Shown here in pieces: positions 42,304-55,925 of a DNA stretch of 64,000 nt; positions within the stretch are counted from its first letter, which is position 1; each line of letters begins with the position of its first letter. The stretch comes from Acidobacteriota bacterium. Its GTDB lineage: Bacteria; Acidobacteriota; UBA890; WLXD01. The translations under genes were made by a program, and so were the position numbers. The DNA lies in the NCBI GenBank assembly GCA_965248695.1, contig CBDFKD010000002.1, positions 5,408,001 to 5,472,000 of the forward strand. The letters run 5' to 3'. Under the pieces are notes generated by a model. It was given only the letters and a program-made list of their open reading frames with translations. It had not been told where the DNA came from and searched no databases.

Positions 42304-43872
42304 ATGACAGTCGGTTCGATCAACGGTCGCGGCGCGCTGTTCTTGCTTGTGGCGGCGGCGGCATCCGTTGCCTGGGCCCAGGATGAAAGGCCTGCTACCC
42401 AGGAGCATGTTGTCGGTGAGCGGGCGTATCCGTTTGACACCGTCGACCCACGGGAGGAGGACAAGCCGCCTATTGAGCTGCCCGACAGCGTGGCGTCGAA
42501 GCTCGAACTGCTGACGCCGGAGCAGATCGAGTTTCTGAAGAGCGGCGATGCGCGTGCCTTTACCGGACCGGCTGAAGAAGCCGTTGAAGCGCTCGAGAAG
42601 CGCACACCGGAGGAAGTAAAGACCTGGGTCGAGGCCATGCAACAGGCAGTAGAAGAAAACCGCTACACCGAAGGACGCGACCTGCCCAACATTCCCTTCA
42701 ATACTGAATCGGCCGACTTCAATGCATGGCGATTGCTGCGTCCCCGCTCCATGGATCCAGAGCGGGAGGCGGGACCGGTGGCGCTCGGTCGCTATCGCGG
42801 CGGGGGCGGTCCACCAACGTTCGGCGGTTTCCCGCTGGCGCTCTCGAAGGACGACCTTGTCGCTGGCGAGGTGGATGTCGCCATCCTCGGGGCGCCCCTG
42901 AACATGGGCGGGGGATGGCGCGACTCGGGTGAGCGCGCCACCGTCGAGCTTCGCCTGCGCGGCCGGGCCATGGGCGGAGAGGACCAGTATGTACAGATCA
43001 GTGCATCTGAGGTACTGACCGTCGTGGACTACGGCGACGTTGCAGTAGACAACAACAGCACCGAGCGGTCCATGCGCCACGTACGCGAGATCGTGCGCGA
43101 GATCGCGGAGACGGGAGCCGTACCCATGATCGTCGGCGGCGACCACTCATTGGAATACCCCAATGTTGCCGCCCTGGCCGACGTTTACGGCAAGGAAAAC
43201 ATATCGGTTATTCACTTCGACTCGCATTACGATGCGTGGTGGGGCGGCGCCCACCTGATCAGTCATGGACTCCCCGTCTACCGCCTGATCAACGAAGGTC
43301 ATGTGCGGGCTGCGGACTACATCCAGGTCGGGCTGCGCTCGGCCGGACCCGACAAGTCGGGGTTCACCTGGATGCGGGAACAGGGCATGCGTTATCACAA
43401 CATGGCCGAGATTGAGCGGCGGGGCTGGGATGCCGTGCTTGACCGGATTGTGTCCGAGGCCAGTGAAGAGGGTCGCAAGCTGCATATCTCTTTCGACATT
43501 GATGTTCTCGATCCCGCATTCGCGGTGGCTACCGGCACGCCGGTTCCGGGAGGACTCACCATGCGCGAGGCGATCACTATCATCCGCCGCCTGTGCGCGG
43601 AGTCCAATGTAGTGGGATTCGACCTGGTCGAATTCCACCCTGGACTGGATCCGACCTACACGACTGCGCTCAACAGTGCGCATATCGTCAAGGCGTGCCT
43701 TACGGGACTCGCGATGAACAAGGAAGGGCTGACCGCGAAGCACTACCTGAGCCCGTTGTCATCCGAGCACGCCATAGACGACTACTATGGCGACCAGCAA
43801 CTGTATCTGGACTCGACGAAGGTAGAAAAAGAGAAGGAAGGAGAGAAAGAGAAGGAACAAAAGAAAGAGTGA
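42304..43872 (+). CDS. Exported ureohydrolase (agmatinase family), intact binuclear site
   Basis: Signal peptide (AWA-QD); GGDHS, HFDSHYD, SHG, QVGLR, SFDIDVLDP, TGTPVPGGL, DLVE. Confidence 0.9.
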   Translation: MTVGSINGRGALFLLVAAAASVAWAQDERPATQEHVVGERAYPFDTVDPREEDKPPIELPDSVASKLELLTPEQIEFLKSGDARAFTGPAEEAVEALEKRTPEEVKTWVEAMQQAVEENRYTEGRDLPNIPFNTESADFNAWRLLRPRSMDPEREAGPVALGRYRGGGGPPTFGGFPLALSKDDLVAGEVDVAILGAPLNMGGGWRDSGERATVELRLRGRAMGGEDQYVQISASEVLTVVDYGDVAVDNNSTERSMRHVREIVREIAETGAVPMIVGGDHSLEYPNVAALADVYGKENISVIHFDSHYDAWWGGAHLISHGLPVYRLINEGHVRAADYIQVGLRSAGPDKSGFTWMREQGMRYHNMAEIERRGWDAVLDRIVSEASEEGRKLHISFDIDVLDPAFAVATGTPVPGGLTMREAITIIRRLCAESNVVGFDLVEFHPGLDPTYTTALNSAHIVKACLTGLAMNKEGLTAKHYLSPLSSEHAIDDYYGDQQLYLDSTKVEKEKEGEKEKEQKKE

Positions 43873-44004
43873 CTACGCACAACCTCGCCTCGCGTCTCAC
43901 GCCTTCTGGCCAGCGCTGTCCAATCGATATGCCGCCGAGGCAGTGAGTGGTCCCTTTGAGCTTCGAGCGCCGCCCCCATCGTGCTATGTTCGATTCCGTC
44001 CCTG

Positions 44005-44232
44005 ATGCCCCGGCGAGACGAACAGGTTGCGTCGCCATTGATTGAACAGATCCGAATCCCCTGCCAGAACTGCGGCTACGAGTATCAGCAACCGGTCACG
44101 CAGTGGCAGGCTACCGTTAGCTTCACGTGTTCCGGGTGCTCCCACGCGAACCGGCTCGATACCCACCAGACACGCGAGCGGATAGCCAGCCTGCGGGAAT
44201 CTCGTGGCGGCCAGGGGCGGGCCCTCCTGTAG
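44005..44232 (+). CDS. Small putative zinc-ribbon protein
   Basis: CQNC and CSGC pairs; start uncertain. Confidence 0.4.
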   Translation: MPRRDEQVASPLIEQIRIPCQNCGYEYQQPVTQWQATVSFTCSGCSHANRLDTHQTRERIASLRESRGGQGRALL

Positions 44233-44351
44233 CTGAAACCGCCCTGGGAAGCCGCATGGCTGAACGCAGGAGCGCCGCCTCAGCGTGATAGCGTTTGTCG
44301 CGCTGGGCAACTCGCCCGGTCCGATGCTGTTCATGGCCGTAGGGGGCCGGC

Positions 44352-45692
44352 TTGGTGGTGCACGGCAAACGCGAGTGGCTGGCACGGCGTATCGCCGATA
44401 TCTGCATCGGGCTGTCGCGGCGCTCGGTCCGCTGCAAGCTCTTGTTCGCCGACGTCGCCAGCCGTGTGTTCCTGTGGGACAAAGCCGAACTTTCCGACGA
44501 GCGTTTGCCCGACGCTGTCGACCCGGGGCGGATGGACGCCTACAACGCCGCCGCGGAGAACTACTTCGAGCGCGTCACGGATCCGGAGTACTTGCTCCAC
44601 AAGCCTTTCTCCGATCGTGTTCATTTCGCGCGGCGGCTATTCGATGTGGGCGTGCTGCTGTACTGGATGCGCATCCGGCCCGGGCACGTCGTCGCGGAGA
44701 TCGGTGCCGGCTCGTGCTGGCTGTCGCACATGCTCAACCGCTTCGGCTGTCGGACGCTGGCAGTGGACGTTTCGACCACGGTGCTCGGACTCGGGCGTAC
44801 CCTCTTCGAACGCGATCCGGCGACCCGATGGGAGTTACAGCCCGAGTTCCTCGAGTACGACGGGCGCCGCTTGCCGATGGACGACAACAGCGTCGACCGG
44901 ATCGTCGTGTACGACGCCTTCCATCACGTACCGAACCCTGGCGAGATTCTCGCCGAGATGCACCGGGTGCTGCGCTTCGGCGGGATCGTCGGCATGCGTG
45001 AGCCGGGACCGGCGCACTCGACTTCGGAGAAGAGCCTGGCGGAGACCCGCGATCACGGTGTCCTGGAGAGCTTTGTCGATCCACGCACGATTGATCGCGT
45101 GGCGCAGGAGGTGGGGTTCAGCCGAGGCACGGTCGTGCCGATCACACTGGACCGTTCGCTCGAAGTGCCGATCCCGGAGTTGGCGGAGTTCATGCGCGGC
45201 AAGTACCTGCGCGCTTATTGGGAGCGCTTGAGCGAGGACCTGCGCGATCACAGCTTCTTGTTGCTGTACAAGGGCGCCGGTACGCCGGACAGCCGCGCTC
45301 CCGAGATCCTCGCCGCCGAGATCGAGCCTACAAAGGAGATCGAGCCGCTGGTTCTGCGGGTCGGTGAGCCGGGTCGCCTTCGCGTGCGAGTAGGCAATAC
45401 GGGCGACACGATATGGCTGGCGGATATTCCGGGACAATCCGGCTGGGTTCGCCTCGGGCTCAGCCTGCATACAGCCGACGCCGAGGCGTCGCTCCTGGAA
45501 CGCGACTGGCATCGCGGCGTGTTACCGCACGACGTGGAGCCCGGGGGCGAGGCGCTGGTCGATCTGGAGTTGCCGCCGCTTGCCGAACCGGGCGAGTACC
45601 GGGTGGTCGTCGATCTGGTTGCCGAGGAGATCGCCTGGTTCGCCGATCTCGGCACCGAGCCCGCGGTCGTGTCGGTCACGACGCGGACCTAG
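44352..45692 (+). CDS. Class I SAM methyltransferase with C-terminal Ig-like domain
   Basis: EIGAGSCW, AFHHVP, EMHRVLR.GG; C-terminal VRVGNTGD..W..PGEYRVVVDLV.E. Confidence 0.82.
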   Translation: MVVHGKREWLARRIADICIGLSRRSVRCKLLFADVASRVFLWDKAELSDERLPDAVDPGRMDAYNAAAENYFERVTDPEYLLHKPFSDRVHFARRLFDVGVLLYWMRIRPGHVVAEIGAGSCWLSHMLNRFGCRTLAVDVSTTVLGLGRTLFERDPATRWELQPEFLEYDGRRLPMDDNSVDRIVVYDAFHHVPNPGEILAEMHRVLRFGGIVGMREPGPAHSTSEKSLAETRDHGVLESFVDPRTIDRVAQEVGFSRGTVVPITLDRSLEVPIPELAEFMRGKYLRAYWERLSEDLRDHSFLLLYKGAGTPDSRAPEILAAEIEPTKEIEPLVLRVGEPGRLRVRVGNTGDTIWLADIPGQSGWVRLGLSLHTADAEASLLERDWHRGVLPHDVEPGGEALVDLELPPLAEPGEYRVVVDLVAEEIAWFADLGTEPAVVSVTTRT

Positions 45693-45729
45693 TGGCCTGT
45701 AACAGCCGAGGTCCGCCAGTGCTGAATCC

Positions 45730-47139
45730 CTACTGTATGTAGCCCATGGCGCGTAGCTGGCGTCGCAGCTCCGGGTTCATCTCGACCGGCTCGGCATTCG
45801 CGAGCGCCGCCGTGGAGCGCAAGGCCGCCAGGTTCAGCTCTAGCCCGGCCATGACGTGCGGATAGACGCCGGACACGTCATCAAGCTCCATCGGATCCGC
45901 TGCAAGGTCATACAGCGCCCCGTCGAGCAGCTTCCAGCGCTTCGTCCTAATCGAGCTCGGCAGCGGCCCATCGGTGAAATCGATCTGACTCACCGCAAAA
46001 ACCCCGTCGGAGCGGCGATTCAGCAGTCGATCCAGGAGGCTAGTGCCCTGAAAGGCGGTTTCCGTCTCGATCCCTAGCACGTCGACGACCGTCGGCAAGA
46101 TATCGATGCCTCGAGCGATCTCCTCGACCGTGCCACCGGCATACTGCGAGTGTGGAAACTTCACCAGCAACGGCACCTTGAGCAGCTCATCGTACAGGGT
46201 GTAGGAGTGCCAGCCCATGCGGCCGCGCTCCCCGAACTCCTCGCCATGATCCGACGTGAAGATGATCATCGACTGGTCATAGATCCCACGCGTCTTCAGA
46301 TCGTCGATCAGCGCGCCGAAGGCGTCGTCCATGTGGCGGATCTCGCCATCGTACGCGGCCACGATGTGCTCGCGATCCGCGGCCGACATGCCCGAAGGGT
46401 TCTCAAACGCCGACCTCAGATAGTCGACCCCGATCTCGTCATCGAGCTCCCCGTCATAGTCAGGATCAAACATGCGCAGGTACTCGATGGGCGGCGTGTA
46501 CGGCGTGTGGACCTCGTAGGTGTGCAGCATCAAGAAGAACTGCTCGTTGCCGTATTCCTCCAGAAAGGGCTCGGCGCTGGCGAGGGTGTCGAAGAACCGC
46601 GACTTGTGGGTCATGTCGCCCTCGAAGTTGTTCCACACGTCGAAGCCTTGATCGAGGTTGTACTTGTTGTGCATCTGCGCTCCCGCCGTGTAGGCACCGG
46701 TACGGAAACCGGACTGCCAGAGAATCTCGGCCATGGTCACAGCCTCGTCCGGCAGCGGCAGATCGGCGGAGCGGAAAGCGCGGTGTTGCTCGGGCAGCAA
46801 CGACGTGAGAATCGAAGCGTGCGAAGGCAGGGTGGAGGGCGCGTGGGCGATGGCGTCGTCGAAGCGCACCGCATCTGCCGCGAAGCGGTCGATGTTGGGC
46901 GTCGTGTCGCGCCTATAACCATAGGCTCCGACGTGGTCCTGGCGTAGCGTATCGATCGAGATCAGGATCACGTTGCAGTCGGAGCAAACGTAATCCTCGC
47001 CGCCGAACCCCGGACCACCGTTCAGCCCACGTGCCAGCGGAAAGGTGAGCGCGAGATCTACCGTGTCGGCCGCCTGCCACATGACGAACGCCAGGGCCAG
47101 AAGAGCTGCGGCGTTGGTCTTGAGGCCGAAACGCGACAT
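45730..47139 (-). CDS. Sulfatase-like alkaline phosphatase superfamily protein
   Basis: NVILISIDTLR.DH, TPNID, STLPSHASILT, HTPY, YDGEI, TSDHGEEF, VPLL. Confidence 0.85.
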   Translation of the reverse strand: MSRFGLKTNAAALLALAFVMWQAADTVDLALTFPLARGLNGGPGFGGEDYVCSDCNVILISIDTLRQDHVGAYGYRRDTTPNIDRFAADAVRFDDAIAHAPSTLPSHASILTSLLPEQHRAFRSADLPLPDEAVTMAEILWQSGFRTGAYTAGAQMHNKYNLDQGFDVWNNFEGDMTHKSRFFDTLASAEPFLEEYGNEQFFLMLHTYEVHTPYTPPIEYLRMFDPDYDGELDDEIGVDYLRSAFENPSGMSAADREHIVAAYDGEIRHMDDAFGALIDDLKTRGIYDQSMIIFTSDHGEEFGERGRMGWHSYTLYDELLKVPLLVKFPHSQYAGGTVEEIARGIDILPTVVDVLGIETETAFQGTSLLDRLLNRRSDGVFAVSQIDFTDGPLPSSIRTKRWKLLDGALYDLAADPMELDDVSGVYPHVMAGLELNLAALRSTAALANAEPVEMNPELRRQLRAMGYIQ

Positions 47140-47536
47140 TGACGGCGAAGGAGGGCTCGGGGCACGGCTACGAGTGGATGGTGGGATGCACGCACGCCCA
47201 TCGACGGATGCCTCGGAGCGGGTCGGCTCATTGTAGGTGATCGACGGCCACCCCGCATGATGGCGGCGAACCGTGCGGGTTCGGTTTGGACACGGCGCTC
47301 CTCCGTGGAATCCGATCAAGGCAGCGCCGCCGAGGCTAGATGACGGCGCGCAAGTTCGCCGTGCCCCGCCGTGCGCTGCTGGTCCTCAACGTCACCTCCT
47401 GACCGCCCAAGTGGCCTGCAGACGGAGAAAAGGCATGCATGGCCCATCGCCACAGCGATAACTTGGCGGTGTACGCGAAGCGCCGGCCGCTGGCGCTCTC
47501 GACCCGTTCGCACACCCCGGGGACGACGAACCAGAG

Positions 47537-48622
47537 ATGCCCGCAGAGCTGGTCAGCATCATTGTTCCGACCTACAACCGTGCCTACTGTCTGCAGGCCG
47601 CGATCGACAGCGTGCGGGCGCAGTCCCACGCTGATTGGGAGCTCATCGTCGTCGACGACGGTTCCATCGACGCTACGCCGGATCTCCTGGAACGCTACGC
47701 GAACGACGAGCGGATCCGCTATATGAAGCGGGCCAACGGCGGTGTCGCGGCGGCGCGCAACACCGGGCTGGCTGAGGCACGCGGAAACTACATTGCCTTC
47801 CTCGACTCGGACGATACCTGGAAGCCGTTCAAGCTCCGCCTGCAGCTCGACGTCATGCACGCGCTTCCCGAGATCGGCATGGTGTGGACCGAGATGGAGG
47901 CCGTCCGCAGCGACGGGCGGCTCGAGAGCCCCGCGTATCTCGCCATCATGTACCACAACTATCGGCGTTTCCCGAAGACCGACTTGTTCAGCACCGCCGT
48001 GCCCCTCGGCAAGCTGCTACCGGCGTCCAACGTCACGGCGCGCGGCGCCTGCGTGTATAGCGGCTCGATTTTCTCGCCGATGCTCGCTGGAAATCTGGTG
48101 CACACATCCACGGTACTGCTCCGGCGCGAGATCGCTGACCAGGTTGGCGGCTTCAACGAGCACCTGCGACCGACGGGTGAAGATTTCGATTACCACCTAC
48201 GGACGTGCCGGACGGCACCCGTCGCGCTGGTGGACGTGGCCACCATGACCTACATGGTCGGTCGAGACGACCAGCTGACGTGCGACAACCTGCAGCACGG
48301 GATGGCCCTCAACTACCTGCGTACGATCGAGCCGGTGATCCAGCAGGACCGCGCTCTTCTGCACTGGTCGGATCGTCAGCTCGGTGAGCTGCGGGCCGCG
48401 GCCTACGAGTGGGCCGGCATGAGCTGTTATTACAACGGTGACTACCGCAGCGCTCGACGGCACTTGAGACAGAGCCTCCGCCAACAATGGAGCTGGCGCG
48501 CCGGTTTGTACGCTGGCCTGACGGCACTACCGAGTGAAGCGCTGCGCCTGGCGCGCGGCGCCGGGCGGGCGGTCCGGGATCGGACCTGGAAGAATCGGGA
48601 CACCGACAAGGTGGCCGCGTAG
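47537..48622 (+). CDS. Glycosyltransferase family 2
   Basis: VSIIVPTYN, IVVDDGS, ARNTG, FLDSDD, ED. Confidence 0.9.
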   Translation: MPAELVSIIVPTYNRAYCLQAAIDSVRAQSHADWELIVVDDGSIDATPDLLERYANDERIRYMKRANGGVAAARNTGLAEARGNYIAFLDSDDTWKPFKLRLQLDVMHALPEIGMVWTEMEAVRSDGRLESPAYLAIMYHNYRRFPKTDLFSTAVPLGKLLPASNVTARGACVYSGSIFSPMLAGNLVHTSTVLLRREIADQVGGFNEHLRPTGEDFDYHLRTCRTAPVALVDVATMTYMVGRDDQLTCDNLQHGMALNYLRTIEPVIQQDRALLHWSDRQLGELRAAAYEWAGMSCYYNGDYRSARRHLRQSLRQQWSWRAGLYAGLTALPSEALRLARGAGRAVRDRTWKNRDTDKVAA

Positions 48623-48677
48623 CGGTCGAGGGCTCAACAGCCGGCACCGAGCACCGTCGCTCAGGTAGCATGAGGCC

Positions 48678-50873
48678 ATGAGTCGAGCCGTACCATTCCT
48701 ACTACTCGCCGCGGTTGCGGGCATGCCGATAACGCCGGGGCTGACGCTGGCGACGACCCAGCAACCACCGGCAGACCTCGAGGCCTTTCCGGCCATCGAG
48801 CCTGACGCGCTACCCGACCTGTACCGTTCGTGGCTCGAGCGCGATGTGCGTTGGATCATCACGTCGGCGGAACGCGAGGTGTTCCTGCGGTTGAGCACCG
48901 ATGCGCAGCGCGACCGGTTTGTCGACGGGTTCTGGCGCAATCGCGACCCCACCCCGGGCACGCGCGCCAACGAGTATCGCGACGAACATGCGCGACGTCT
49001 CGCATTGGTCACCGAGCAATTCAGCCGCGGCTCCCCCACGCCGGGGTGGCTGGGCGACCGGGGCCGCATTTACATGCGGCTGGGCGAGCCCCGCAGCGTA
49101 GCGAGGTTTCCAAGCTCGCAACTGGCCTACCCGATGGAAATGTGGACCTACGCATCGTCGCCGGAGCTCGGGCTACCGCCGTTCTTCTATGTGCTGTTCT
49201 TTCGTCGCGGAGGCTTTGGTGACTATCGGCTCTACAGCCCGGTGGCGGATCGACCCGAGAGCCTGCTGAACCCATCTGGGCATAACTATGCGCGCGACGT
49301 GATGGTGGCCGAGGGACGCACTTCACGCGGACGCTTCACGCAGTACGGGGATCAGGTGGGGGTATTGGCGGCTCTGGATCTGGTCGACGCCGAGCTGTCG
49401 AACGCCGCGGTTAGCCTGATCCCGGGCAGCGGCATTGGAGTCGACATGTCGCCATTGCGCTCCGAGCTGCTGCTGGCGCAGATCGATGACCTACCTAGCC
49501 GCGTCATGCCGCGTGCCGACTGGGCCTACCGGGTGCTCACCGGCTCGGCCGACTCGGACGTACGCTTCGAGACCTTGCCGCTGGAGACCACGGCGATCGG
49601 GTTGCTGGACCCGTCCGGCATGCCCTTCGTTCACTATGCGCTGCGCACGCCCGGCGCCCGTTTGAACCTCCGCAGCACCGCAGAAGCCAACTACATCACC
49701 TTCGACATCACATCGTCATTGAGCTCCGGTGGACTGGCGATGACCGGCTCGCAAGAGCGTGGCGTCGAGGCCGAGTTGGACACCGGCGAAGCTCGTCGGC
49801 TCGCCCTCGGGCCGCTGAGCTATCTCGACAGGGTCCCGGCAATCCCTGGCAACTACACGCTCGCGCTCATGATCGAGAACAACGTGACGCGCGAGTTCGG
49901 CCGGCACGAGCGGCGTGTGGTGGTGCCCGCGCCGTCGCCGGGAGCGCTGTCCGGGAGTCCCGCCCTTCTGGTGGCGAAGCACGAGGACTTTGGCGCCGAC
50001 TACGATCGTTTCGGCTCCCACTATGCCTTCCAGCTTGGCCGTAACTTCGTGATTCCAGCATTCGACGGCCCGTTCCCCAGTGGCGGCACGCTGTTGATCT
50101 TTCACCAGGTGTACGCCCCCATTGAATACGTCGATGATGTGGCCGCAACGTATACTCTGCGCTCCGCCGGAGGCGAGGTCGCCGCACTCAAATCAACCGA
50201 CGTGCCGATAGCCAGGAAAGACCGGCACGGTGTGCTCAACCAGCTCACGGCGATACCGCTCGACGCGGTTGCTGCGGGGGACTACACGCTCGAGATCGAG
50301 ATCGCCATCGACGGCTGGTACCAGCCTCCGCTCCCGGTTCGCATCGTCGACGCGGACGACTACCGGCCACCGCAGGCGCACGCGTCCGCAACGCCTCCGG
50401 CCACCGACCCCGAGTCTCTGCTGACGCGTGCCCGACAGCTACGGCTACGCGGGGATCCTGAGGGCGCCCTGAGCATGGCGCAGAACGCGCTACAGCGGGA
50501 AACGGGCTCGGCCACCGCGCTGGGCCTCGTGGCCGAGCTGCTGACCGGGCTCAGGCGGCTGCCAGAGCTCCGAGCGTTGCTCGAGCCGCGCCTGGCGCAA
50601 GCGCCCAACGACGCCGCCCTGTTGTTACAACTGGCGGAAGTCGCTGCATTGCTCGCTGAGCACCGGGATGCCGTCCGGTACTACGAACGAGCACGCATCG
50701 GAGGTGCCGACGACACGCCCGAGCTACTGAACGCGCTCGCCGCCGAGTATCTCGCCGAGGGCGACGCTGGTCGTGCACGCGATCTCATCGAACGATCGCT
50801 GGCGCTCCGACCCGATCAACCCCGCATGCACGAGATGCTGGAACGCCTACCGGCCGGCATACCGGACCGCTGA
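48678..50873 (+). CDS. GWxTD-domain protein with C-terminal TPR-like repeats
   Basis: Signal peptide; WL..DV.WII, FW..RDPTPGT..NE, PGWLGDRGRIY..LGEP. Confidence 0.82.
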   Translation: MSRAVPFLLLAAVAGMPITPGLTLATTQQPPADLEAFPAIEPDALPDLYRSWLERDVRWIITSAEREVFLRLSTDAQRDRFVDGFWRNRDPTPGTRANEYRDEHARRLALVTEQFSRGSPTPGWLGDRGRIYMRLGEPRSVARFPSSQLAYPMEMWTYASSPELGLPPFFYVLFFRRGGFGDYRLYSPVADRPESLLNPSGHNYARDVMVAEGRTSRGRFTQYGDQVGVLAALDLVDAELSNAAVSLIPGSGIGVDMSPLRSELLLAQIDDLPSRVMPRADWAYRVLTGSADSDVRFETLPLETTAIGLLDPSGMPFVHYALRTPGARLNLRSTAEANYITFDITSSLSSGGLAMTGSQERGVEAELDTGEARRLALGPLSYLDRVPAIPGNYTLALMIENNVTREFGRHERRVVVPAPSPGALSGSPALLVAKHEDFGADYDRFGSHYAFQLGRNFVIPAFDGPFPSGGTLLIFHQVYAPIEYVDDVAATYTLRSAGGEVAALKSTDVPIARKDRHGVLNQLTAIPLDAVAAGDYTLEIEIAIDGWYQPPLPVRIVDADDYRPPQAHASATPPATDPESLLTRARQLRLRGDPEGALSMAQNALQRETGSATALGLVAELLTGLRRLPELRALLEPRLAQAPNDAALLLQLAEVAALLAEHRDAVRYYERARIGGADDTPELLNALAAEYLAEGDAGRARDLIERSLALRPDQPRMHEMLERLPAGIPDR

Positions 50874-51031
50874 ATCTCCCTCTCAGGGGGTCCGGAGCCG
50901 TCGAAAAACAAGGCAGTTGACCCCGTGTAGCGGCCGTTTGGCGCGCCGAGCCGATGCTACACTGCTCCTAGCGTCGCGCTTCTCGAGCGCCGCCACGGCG
51001 CTCACCTCCCTCGCCGACCCGGAAGTTCTCG

Positions 51032-54703
<3,672 letters not shown>

Positions 54704-54713
54704 GCTGATCCCT

Positions 54714-55897
54714 TTGCACCGCGAGCGAGTTGGCCCCGTTCCCGTCCTGATCCGTCGCGCGAACTGCTACGCGCCCGCCCCGCTGGGCGTCCGCGACGTC
54801 TTCTGCGCCGGCGGCAGCATCGTCGAAGTCGCCGACGACATCGACCCACCCGGTGGACTCGACATGCAGGTGATCGATGGCGCCGATCAGATGGTTGTGC
54901 CCGGCCTGATCGACGGTCATGTCCACATCGCCGGCGCCGGTGGCGAAGGCGGACCGGCAACGCGCACCCCGGAGATGCCGCTGTCATGGATGATCGAGGC
55001 GGGGATCACCACGGTCGTTGGCTTGCTGGGCACCGACGGCGTCACGCGTAGCCTCGACAATCTGCTGATGAAAGCGAAGGGACTGCGAGCCGAAGGCGTC
55101 TCGGCGTGGATCTGGACCGGCTCGTACCAGCTGCCGCCGCCGACGCTCACCGGCGATGTGGCGCGCGATATCGCCATCATCGACGAAGTCGTCGGGGTCG
55201 GTGAGATCGCCATCGCCGATCATCGCTCCTCCAACCCCGAGGCCCTGGATCTTGTTCGTCTCGCCAAGGAAGCCCGCCTCGGCGGCATGCTCGGCGGGAA
55301 GTGCGGCCTTGTCCACCTCCACCTTGGCGACGCGGAGGAACGTTCGGCGTCGTTTACGACGCGGTGAGGATTTCCGAGCTCGGCCGTTCGCAGTTCTACC
55401 CTACCCACGTGAATCGCAACGCCCACTGTTTCGAGCACGCTAAGCAGTACGCGCTCGAAGCGCCGGTCGACATCACGGCCTGCGGCTGGACCGAAGCCGA
55501 CAATGCGGAGCTCAAGCCCTCGCGGGCCCTACGCGACCTTCTGGAGGCCGGCGTACCAGTCGACAACATCACCATGAGCTCCGATGCCTGTGGCTCCCTG
55601 CCCGAGTTCGATGCCGACGGAGCCCTCCTGCGCCTGGTGAGCGGCCGACCGCACGAGATCTGGCGACAGATCGTCGATGCGGTACAGGTGGAGGGACTCA
55701 CGCTGTCAGAGGCGCTCGCCACCGCGACCGTCAACCCGGCCACGGTTCTCCAGCTTCCTGGCAAGGGAGTCATCGCGGCGGGCGCCGACGCCGACCTGCT
55801 GATGGTGGACTCGGAGCTGAATATTCAGACGGTGATTGCCGGCGGTGAAGTTCTGATGCGTGACGGCGTGGTCTGTCGCCGCGGCACGTTCGAGTAG
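54714..55897 (+). CDS. iadA: Isoaspartyl dipeptidase, apparent 1-bp deletion near 55341
   Basis: PGLIDGHVH, GGEGG..TRTPE, GLLGTDG, GEIAIADHRSS, then in the next frame PTHVNRN, SSDACGSLP. Confidence 0.85.
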
Positions 55898-55925
55898 TCC
55901 GGCCCGCTGCAGCAGTGGCGCCGGC

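Noticed and set aside
43985-44015. tRNA fragment (GTTCGATTCC) as an island boundary
   Set aside because: No T-stem pairing and no match to the tRNA-Leu 3' end.
50874-51031. SAM, SAH or cobalamin riboswitch before metH
   Set aside because: No recognisable consensus elements.
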